Part shown: in pieces, positions 14,900-24,761 of the stretch
Numbering within the stretch: the first letter of the stretch is position 1
Layout: each line of letters begins with the position of its first letter
Assembly: GCF_000315625.1 (NCBI RefSeq)
Contig: NW_005434658.1
Coordinates: forward strand, 587,139 to 651,138
Source: Guillardia theta CCMP2712
Lineage: Eukaryota > Protista > Cryptophyta
Reading direction: 5' to 3'
DNA: 64,000 bases
Made by a program: the position numbers and the translations under genes
Notes under the pieces: generated by a model
Database searches by the model: none
What the model was told of the DNA's origin: nothing
What the model saw: only the letters and a program-made list of their open reading frames with translations

Positions 14900-15061
14900 A
14901 TCGGCGAATCCCACCGGCACGACAGCAGGAGTCAGTTAGCAACGGCCAGGTAGTCCGGGAGGGGAGTTGGGTAGGGGTAGGAGGTAGGGGGTGATTGACT
15001 ACCCCATTTTGAGAAGACGAATGTAGGGGTGATACAGACAGGTATCCCTGATTGGGGCTTC

Positions 15062-15481
15062 ATGGCAGATTTTCGGCTGAAGATGGTGGAGCTGCGGGTG
15101 GGAATGACGTACGCTCACCTTCCTCTCACAGTAGAGGAGCTCAAACCAGCAGCAGCTGAAGGCGACCTGATGGCCATGTGCAACCTTGGTTGGTGCTTCT
15201 TCAATGCAGTTACAGTCCAAAAGGATAGGAAGACGGCCGTTTCACTGTGGAAGAAGGCAGCAGAAAAAGGTGACTGGAATAACAGCTGGAGAAGGATATT
15301 TGGTCGACTGATGCGTTTACATACAGGGAATGCGGGATCTTGCTACAATCTCGGATACTGCTACACTTTTGGGATCGTTGTAAAGCAAGACGATCAGATT
15401 TCTTCAGATTTCTTCGCCAAGTATCATCGTTGTCGGAACACTGAACGTTTCAATTACCTGCTACATCATCGATCCTCATGA
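15062..15481 (+). CDS. Small Sel1-like repeat protein
   Basis: AAEGDLMAMCNLGWCFFNAVTVQKDRKTAVSLWKKAAEKG|NAGSCYNLGYCYTFGIVVKQD gives two SEL1 repeats once a GT-AG intron at ~15270-15326 is removed. Lies head-to-head with the dynein gene. Confidence 0.75.
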   Translation: MADFRLKMVELRVGMTYAHLPLTVEELKPAAAEGDLMAMCNLGWCFFNAVTVQKDRKTAVSLWKKAAEKGDWNNSWRRIFGRLMRLHTGNAGSCYNLGYCYTFGIVVKQDDQISSDFFAKYHRCRNTERFNYLLHHRSS

Positions 15482-15669
15482 GCACAACCACCATCGAGAC
15501 AAACAATATTCATTTCTCCTATGAAAGTGTAAAAATAAATAACTACCCCAGTGTTGATCTGAAAGGATCCGCGGTGATGCTACCAGGCGACGACAAACTA
15601 GCATAACGAGCCTTGACAGATGTTGCTTGTTCATATACACTTCATTCCAGAATTCCATGCCTCCAGTCT

Positions 15670-18600
15670 TCAGGTTGCAGTTATGTCCGGATTCGAAGCG
15701 TCGCTGATACAGTCCACCGCCTCGTTCTTGAGGCTATCCTCACCTGCATCGAGCTTTTCCTTCCCCGCACTGTCATCAGGCACTACTGAGATCAGCTCAA
15801 GAGTGTTGTCGTTGCAGCTTTCACTCAGGCATTGGTTTGGGTCTTGGTTGTTGATCTTTGTCTTCTCGTCACACTCTTTCAGCACAGTCGTACAAGAATT
15901 TCTAGGGCCTGTCAACTACACACATTTCACGATTACAAGTCAAGTTACACAAGATACCTTGATAAGATTGAAGGTCATTGCAAAGGGCACAGTATTCCTT
16001 GGCTGTGAAAGGATTGGAGAGCACTTGAGCCTTAGAATATTCAATTTCGCTTTCAGATATGCTTGTTGGATCCTGAGATTTCGTGTAGCTTGTTGAATGC
16101 TCGCCAAGTCGAATGCGTCAGTGTGCACATTGATGTCTTCGTGAGAATGAGAATGTACACTGCGAGAAGAGACGGGGCAGAAAGGCTCCTCTACGATACT
16201 CCAAGTCTTCCTTTCTCCGCATGTTTGATACCCCACGAATGTGATTTTTGATATTCCGCACATGCTCTTAGCCTTCCTCGACCTTGAAACAGTGCAGATC
16301 AACCCAAGCAGTGCATGTGCACTCTCCACATTGTTTTGGAGTTCAAGATCAGGTGCTCCAGGAAACTTCTTATCGTTGTCCTCTCCGGATCGAAAGATAC
16401 CGACAACTCTTCCATGCATTCCACCAGCAAGCGCCCCACGCATGGCGTCACTATCCAAGGTCGTACAATCAGTTTGATCGAGACGAACTACCCCAGTAAC
16501 CTCTGTTCTCCCATTAGCATTCTCCTTTCCAACTAGCAAGCCTTGCGCTTGACATTGATCAGCGTTGAAAGCAACACGCATAATAGAAAACATTGAAGAG
16601 CTTGAAATGAGGATAGCTGCTTTATCTTGTTGGAAGAGCCCTGTTCTGTGAGCAACTTCTAATATCTTGCTTTTTGAGGCTTTCATTAAATCGTTCGGTC
16701 TGGCGTTCAAGATGGCTGGCATGTCCTTACCAATGGCAAGACCAGAGAAGGCATTCCAGATCCGCTTGTAAATTTGACAATGTCGGGTAAAAGTGGCCAA
16801 CGACTGCGAAAGTGCGACACAATCTTGACTCGCTGGTTTTGGACTGTCCACTTGAGAGTTGCTGACGGCGTGTTTAGATTCGACTTGAGAAACTCCATCC
16901 TTCTCACATTCCATCACCTGATCATCTCCTACCTTGTCAGACTTCAATTCATGTGAAGTGATCAAGGTGTTGTCCTGTCTGTTCCCGTCTCCCGCCTCCT
17001 TCTCTCCTTCCTTCATGTCGACCCTCATCGCATCCAGATCACCTTGCGCATTGCCTGCATCTCCTGGCTCTTCTCCGGCCTTGCAGCTTGCCTGCTCCGA
17101 AACTTCCTCTACCAAAGTATTCACATTCCTCTCCTCATCCTCTGCAATCAGGTCTAGGCTCCTTGCTTTTTCCACAATTTTCTCAAGGCTGACATCATCC
17201 TCATCTTCTTGATTGCTTTGGCCCTCAGATCCAATCTTGCAGGCGCCAGGATGCGAGTCACCCTCGACTGCCTCCTTTTCTCCTAGGTTTAACGCTAGAT
17301 TTTGTTGCTCATCAATGCTTGCTGTGGGATTCACATTCCCCGCCTCTATCTCAGAGTCTTCGTGTTTGTTTCGTTTTCGACCACCGAGACCTTTCTCAGT
17401 TTCACCCGTGTGTACGTCGCCAACAACGGAAGCGGAATCGTTTGAAATGAAACAATCATCTGATTCTTGGCTGCCTTCTTCTCTGGAACGTTTGCCTGTA
17501 AGAGATGCACCGGATTGCTGTCTGTTTGTTGCTTTGGGCGCATCATCTATATCGAAAATGAGCAAACTGATCTATGCTTCAACATCCAATCGTACCTTCG
17601 AGATTTGTAGAAGCATGATTAGGAGCTTCAGAGCTTAGTATCGGCCTCACACCAGTATTTGATGCAGAAACAGTGATCCCTTTGCGGCGATCAATCAATT
17701 CAACGAGAGATTCATCTAGCAGAAGCACATCAGTGAAACCAAACAATGTCATTGATATTGCACGCACCCTCTCCTACCAAATCTTCTTTCACTTCTTCTT
17801 TTTCTGAGGCCACTTTCTCAGTTGCTAGTGGTTGACCTTCTTTTTCTATCTCTTCGTCATCGGAGATCAGGTCTACCACAATTTGGCTGTTCTTTATCGG
17901 CGATTTCACGGTGGAAGGGGTGATCGGGACATCAGGGTTATCGCCTTTCTGGAATCTCACCAGCCCTTTGATGAAATTTTTGACTTGGAAAGGAGAGTCG
18001 TATTCATAGATCTCTATATCGAGGTAATGAGCATGTTCCGACTCTCCAAAATTCTTCTTGTTTTGACTACGTAAGATGACTAGCCCTTTCCAAGATTCAC
18101 ACTGTCGCAGTTCAGTCTCCAAATTTGACTTCTTCAGATTGGAATACTTTGCCGAATAGAACTCATACATTGTCCATTTCAGATTCTTGAACATCACGTC
18201 AGAGATTTTGTCCGCGAACTCTGGTAGCCTTCCAGCTCCCACAAAAAACCAGCCTGCAAGTTCAGCGTCTTTTCTTGTCAGAATTTCTATCATTGGTCCA
18301 AGGATTCCTTTAGGACTGAAATTATAACACAACCTATACTCCTGTTCCAAGTCCAACAGTCGTGTCAAACAGCAAAGAGCTGGCATACCATTCATACCTC
18401 GATCAGCTTAGCTTCTTGGTGAACTGTTGGCTTGGTCTGGATCAGGAATCCAGTGTGCACCTCCATGGAGTTGAGACTGAGCAGGCTTAAGAGCGTACCT
18501 GTGACATTGTTTGGAGTCGATAAAAGATCAGATTGACATGCGGAGTTGCGTACAAATGACAACCTTGTGTGACTTTGCAGTCCGATGCCATCACAGCCAA

Positions 18601-18740
18601 CACCTTTCTCAGAGGTCCTCGGAGTTGTGGGAGATCTCACTGGCCAGCTCAATGTCCCTTTCCATTCCTCACCCACATCGCTTATTTCTGACAAGCGTTA
18701 TACTCGTCGTTGCCGACCGACTTTCCGGGATCTTCGCCAT
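15670..18740 (-). CDS. MPN/JAB-domain protein, BRCC36-like but lacking JAMM metal ligands (pseudo-deubiquitinase), with a long acidic linker
   Basis: ORFs 18392-18694, 17730-18395, 17579-17767 and 15940-17565 can be linked by short GT-AG introns. The segment ILISSSSMFSIMRVAFNADQCQAQGLLVG...RVVGIFRSGEDNDKKFPGAPDLELQNNVESAHALLGLIC...KITFVGYQT aligns by eye with the BRCC36 MPN fold. Both gene ends are uncertain. Confidence 0.65.
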
Positions 18741-18861
18741 GGAGGCTACCTGCCCACGAAGCTTCTGACCTTGCCGTACATTGCCTTCAACCAGCACTGC
18801 AGTACGACCATGTCCTGTACCTCCCTTGTGAGGACGAGCGCCGTCACGACTCTCTTTCCGG

Positions 18862-19235
18862 GGCCCGGCCGGCCGGGCCATTAACTAAACCAGAGTTCAT
18901 AAACGGTTTAGTTAGAACATCCGGGGCGTAGGGCTAAACAACCCTCACCCCCCTGGATTCATCATTTGTCAAATGCTACCCTCCAGTTTCCCGTGCAAAA
19001 CTAGATTATTCAACCGGTACCTTTAGACCCACCCATTCTTTTCCATGAACATTCTAACCCCTCACTTAGACCTGCGAAAGACTGAAAATAAGGGGTACTG
19101 AAGTTTTCTGCTTCTCGGGGTGATTGCAATGACCACATCGAACAGTAGGGGTCATCACCCTGAAATTCTTATAGATATGCAGGGGTCTATTGGAGCAAGA
19201 GGGGGTAGGGGTAAAGGGGTACCAAGATTCCCCGC
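18862..19235. promoter_or_regulatory. Intergenic, probably bidirectional promoter with an 18-bp GC palindrome, a hairpin and mirrored ACCC(C)/GGGGT motifs
   Basis: GGCCCGGCCGGCCGGGCC at 18862-18879 and TAACTAAACC...GGTTTAGTTA at 18882-18914. ACCC motifs occupy the left half and GGGGT motifs the right half. Confidence 0.45.
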
Positions 19236-20135
19236 TCCCTACAGGATGTCGTGGGAGCACTACTAGGCTCGGCGACGTACAGACAAGCCTCCTCCTCTAT
19301 CTTCCTCCCTTCGCTTCCTCTTGCTCTTCTGATCACTCCGCAGTCTTGTCTTCTCTCTTCTTGTCCCTACTCCTATGTGTGTTTTTCCTCGTATCTGTCC
19401 CGCGAATGAGGATTCGTTCTCTCGTTTCAAGAATTCTTTGATCCTGATTCAGTAGATTCAGGCGTTCATTTGCATGCTGAGTGCAAAGTTGCAAAGAGAA
19501 CGTATTTTGTGCCTTTTAGTTCGCAATCTCCTTTCTGATGAAGGCAAATCAGAATCTCGCACAGGCTTTTTATCGCAACATGAGCAACTTGATAGCACTG
19601 CCCTAGCTGGAGTACAACCTAGATGATATTTGAGCATAGTTGACAAGTTTTGACATCGGTCAACAAGTACTTAACTCATGGTTCATCCTGTTTTTCATAG
19701 ACACTCATCCCGTAAACACAGGTATGTATCTTGTCTACAACGCTCTGGAACCCCCAACGACCTTGTCGTACCTCGTTGGAGCTGTAAGAATATCGGAAGT
19801 GGGGGATAGTAGAACTAAATTTGCGCTCAAGGTTGTCATGATTGCGGGGGTTGTGGTACCGATAGGATGGTTCGTGCTCAAGAACAAACACTCGGTATGA
19901 TAATGCAATCTTGTGTTCTCGAATGTGATGCATTTCTTTTGTTGTCCACTCGATCGTTCGATGATGTTCTCCTGTTGTGTGTCTTCTCCATTAGATCTTT
20001 CGTAATTCTTCCAGTCAAAAAATACGTTGAGTTGGGGTCTGTTCGAATAGGTTCAAAGCGCATGGGGATCGATGTCCAATAAGAGACCGAACTAAAGAAA
20101 GCAGTGCACTGCCTTCCAGCACATTTTGAAACAAG

Positions 20136-23100
20136 ATGTCTTCTGCTGTGAAAGGCGGCGTAAGCCGAATGACCAATGCGGCTTCATCGATCACATCCAA
20201 GACTACGTCGTTGACGACGTCCTTCGTTATGGATGCTGCAAGTATCACAATGGATGCTGCCAAGAAGACAACGCAATACACGAACAATCTTGTATCCGAT
20301 GCAGCGGCGTTGGCGTTCGACCGTGAAGAAAAGGTTGATGAGGAGCCACTAGAGGAGTTGCCTCCTCTCTCTATTTCCAGCTGCTGGGCTCCTTTTGATG
20401 ACAGTCACTTGTACTTGAAGCGAGAAGACCTGGAGCAGATGGTTTCTAAGGTTGATGCCAACATTCGAAAATCTTTGAACGATTGCACGAAACGCGCAGA
20501 AGCTATTCGGGCAAAGGAGGCACGAGTGTCGGATGTGAATGTCCTGGCGTCACAACATGGGCTGCATGTGATGTACACTCGCGCAATATCCTGCATCTTG
20601 TTCCCGCACACTCCTGCAAGCCAGGAAGAGATGAGCATGTGGACACAGGACGATTACAATCTGCTACGTGAATGGTGTGGCAAGTGTGATGATAGAGTCA
20701 GAGTGACTGAGTCCCATCATCATGCTGCGATGGAGTTCCTTGATAGCTTCGATGGGAAAGGAGCTTTGATGGCCGGTACGTACTTCTTTCTGTGAGAGAA
20801 ATGTTTAAGTGTTTACAGGTTTGAATGAAAGGCTAACATTGGTGAATCAACATCCTTTCTATGATCGAGAGCAGTTTGCTTCTCCAGAAGACTATGAGTC
20901 TTGGAAGATTTTTGAGTTGTCAGCTGTTGAACGTCAGAAACAGGTGAGTTCTGACTTGGAAGAGTCACCATGTCGGACTCACGTGGTCCTTCTAAGGTGC
21001 TTGTGAAGTACAACAAGACAGAATTGATTGTAGATGTCATGGAAGTACGCGCCTCTGAGAGTATGAATCAAGAACTTGCTGAGAAGAGCAGTTCCATGGC
21101 ATCAATGCTCAAGAAGCCCATCAGCTTGACGACTCAGTTTGGACGGGCCTTTGCGGAAGCCCCCGTGTCGTCAGTTGTGCGAGCGACTGGGGCGATGGTG
21201 TCAGCCCCCTCGAACTTTGCTAAAGCCATGGTCGCAACCCGCTCTCAGATCTGGAGTGTTATTTCATTTGCCACCTACCAGCACAAGTCAGAGATGGTGG
21301 GAGACATCATCCCGGAAGAGCCTGTGGTGTCTATCAACGATGGTGTGACTTGGCAAGTGCGGCCTCATGAGAAAGGAGCAGTCTGCATTCAGTTATGGAG
21401 GAAGAAGAAGTACGTTGTGTCTATCAAGGCTTCTGCCGATGAAGTACTGGGGAGTGTGATGTTTTGCTGGGAGGAGTTGCATCAAGCTGCTGAACTGAAC
21501 AAGCCAATCGAAGGCTGGTTTCAATTTGAGGATGGATCGTATGATGAGAAGGGACACCCTTGCCCTGGAGGAAGGGAAGTGAAGCTGAAGATTCAACTCG
21601 TGACAAAACCGATCGATGGAACCGAGGAGCAACCTCTGTTAGATCCTGTCGATGAACTGCACAAGGTGTACACTGACTTCTACCGAGCTCTCAACCCAGG
21701 CTTGAGCATGATGCCCCCACCTGGTGTCGACTGGTTGTTGAAGGAGATGAGAATGAAATGTGGAATCGGGGAGAGTTGGCACCACCTGCTTCGACTTTCT
21801 CCTGGATTGAACTTGACCACTCCTCCAGGACTAGAGAAATCGGCAGAACTAGAGATCCGAGAAGGCAGGCTCGCTGCGTTGCTGGAGTGCATCAAAAGTG
21901 GAGCTGCTGCTAGAGTTGGTACAATCAAGCCGGTAGAAGACGGCTTGTTGTTTGCGCTTCACTATATCCAAGGGCAGATTCGAAACAACCTTCTCCGCTT
22001 CCCCTATCAGTACGCTTGTGAAGATGGAGAGGACGAGTACCAGGAGCCGATTGAGCTGAGGTTGTTCATAGAGATTGATGAGGCAATCAATCAAGAATTC
22101 CAGAACTTTTCTGGGAAGATTGATGGGTTGTTAGAATCAAACATGTTGATACAATGCAGCTCGTCGCACCTTTCGACTGATCAAGTTGTGTCGGAGGGGA
22201 TGAAACACTTTGTTAACGACTTCTATGGTCGATCATTGAGAGCAGCTCTTCACAAAGCTCCCCCGGGAGAACTGATACCAGAAGGCGAGATGGAAGTGAA
22301 GCACCTGAAGAAGATTTGCAAGAGGTGCGAGCAGATGATTGTCAAATTGCATGAGAACTTTGCGCCTGTGGTGTCTTGGGATTCGGAGCTGAAGGCCTTT
22401 GAGACCCTGATAGACCTCGTCACTGTCGATGTTTTGTCAGCCATTGCAGCCTATCACGTGCGGGGACCTTCGCACGATGCGTTCGAGGAGGGGAGCGTGG
22501 AAGCGACTCTCCTCAAGCTGCATCTTCGCATCAACTCGCTGAGGAGGATCTTGGTGGAGCTTCAGCCGTCCATCAGGTGCGATGGTCTCGCCACTGCTAC
22601 AGGGCCGGTGCTGTCAGCATGGGTGGAGAAGACGCGGGAGAACATGTTCAAGTGGATGGACAAGTCGATGGCGCTAGATCAGTGGGTTCCTGTAGCCCTC
22701 GAGAGCGGGAACGGATACACTTCCTCCCTCATCGATGTTTTCTCCTCGGCTGAGAATGCATGCCGAACCTTTGTGACAGTGAGGATGGGAGCCTTGCCTG
22801 CAGTCAGAGAAGCCTTCTTGGAGCTGCTCGGCGACGTCTGCCTGCGCTATGTGGAGATGATGAACCATGAGGCAGAGAAGGAGCATGCAGCAGCAGCCCA
22901 GGCCAAGAAACTGAACACCAAGACCTCTCATGGGCTCGGAAGCATGTTGGGTCTGATGTCCTTCCAGAAGGTAGGAGACCTCAAGTTCATGCATGGCGTT
23001 CAGACCCTCGTCAGCAGCCCCGTCAATCGTTTCTCCAGTCAGAGTGCGGGAGGATCGGAGCATGGTTCCTCTAAAGGAGACGAGGAGCAAGTTACTCAAG

Positions 23101-24736
23101 AAGAGAAGACCTGGGAGGAGAGGGGGGAGGAGTACCTGGAGAAGATGGAGCATCTCGCAGACGAGCTGGCGAGTGTCAGCGCTTGGAAGAAGAACCTCGG
23201 CGCACTAGGCAAGAAGTCGCTGCAAGCCTCGATCAGCATCACAAAGAAGACGGCGAGCTTGGCGACGTTCGGTAAGGTAGGAGTCAAGTCCAACGGATCG
23301 ACGCCGTCCGGGACGGAGACACCCAAGCCAGAATCGAAGGCAAGCAAGCAGCAGCCCAAGAAGAAGCTGACCAGTCACGACTTCTTCGACGGTCAGCCCC
23401 TCGTGTCTCAGCAAGCTTGTCCTCGCATCAGCAACGCGATGGAGGTCAAGGGTCAGCTCGACAACCTCATCGCCATCCTCGAACAAGATCCAGGCTTCCT
23501 TGGTGGGGAAGGCTGCCATCAGATCCCCATAGACATGGACGACCCGTTCCAAGAGCACGCCAAGTCCGACGACTGGACACTCTCCCCGCGCGTCCTCGAC
23601 ATGTACAACAGAGTTCGTGTAGGCGTCGAAGACTCGGTGGAGGTCGAACTGCGTCCTCTCCTGCAGTGGCTCGCTACTACGATCGCTGCTGCCCTCACGG
23701 AGGAAGCAGGATCGAGCGACGACGGAGGCGCGTCTGCGCGTGAAGCTTGCATGTCGGTGAACTTCTTCGAGGGGCAGAAGGTGAGGCAAGCTGTCTGGCA
23801 ATGCGGTTAGTGACGACGTGTCGCAGGTTGTCCGTGGCCCCGACTGGAAATGGGGCAGGCAGGATGGGTGGGAGGAGGGAAGTGAAACTCCTCCCGTCGG
23901 CCTGGTAACTCTCATGAAGCCCAACGGTTGGTGCAAGGTGCTGTGGGAGAATGGGCACGAAGACAGCTACCGATGGTTTGTACTTGGCTTGCCTCCCTCC
24001 TTTCCTCTTATTCCTGTCCCCCCAGTGGGGCTGAAGGAGATCATTTCGACGTTCAGCCGCTGGACCTGAAGCTACCGGAGGTCCCTTCTCGCCCTGCCCT
24101 TGCACCTTCCCCCTCTTCTGCTTTGTTTGCGGAAACCTGCCGCCCTTGCCGCCATCCCTTCCCCCTGTCCTACCTACACTACACACCACCACCACCATTA
24201 CCACCAAGTTCGACTCCTTCCTAACGCCACTCTGCTCAGCCTCCGTTGCCTCCGGCTGTGGCAGCCATAGAAGACGCTCTTGAAGCGGTGAGAAACTGAG
24301 AGCGAGGACAAGGGGAGGTGAAACTTGTTGACAGACGCTTGCTGCACTGCGCGAGAGTCTGAGCGACAAGGGGTTCATGCAATGCCTGCGGGTGATCTGG
24401 CTCGGTAGGTGGAGTGAGGAGGAGAGGAAGGAACTGACGGATGGCCCAGCATGCGTCTCTGTGCTGGAAACTTGTTTGCACGATGATCTCACGGGCAACC
24501 GAGGAGTTTTGTTGCGCGCCAGAGCTCTGGCTGAGCGCTTGAAGAACTACATGCATGCTGGTAGCTCGCTGCTGCTGGCCTCAGGCGAAACTGACAAGGT
24601 GGACCAGGAGGAGCTGGAGTCTCCATGCCGATGCTCGACAAGTCTTCCATGGCGCTCATGCAGGTCTGCCTGCCTTCGCCATTCTCCCTCCTTGCTCACG
24701 TTCCTCCTGCAGACGATCGAGGCATCTTTAATGTAG
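20136..24736 (+). CDS. Munc13/BAIAP3/UNC13-4-like vesicle-priming protein (C2 + MUN/MHD1) with an inserted MIB-HERC2 domain
   Basis: C2-like region VCIQLWRKKK...DEVLGSVMF...IEGWFQF...EVKLKIQLV. MHD1-like GPVLSAWVEKTRENMFKWMDKSMALDQWVPV...YTSSLIDVF. The exon after intron 23781-23827 encodes VVRGPDWKWGRQDG...GWCKVLWENGHEDSYRW|GAEGDHFDV (MIB-HERC2). The last exon ends TIEASLM*. Confidence 0.75.
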
Positions 24737-24761
24737 GAGAGGCTCTTCACAGACCCTCTGC

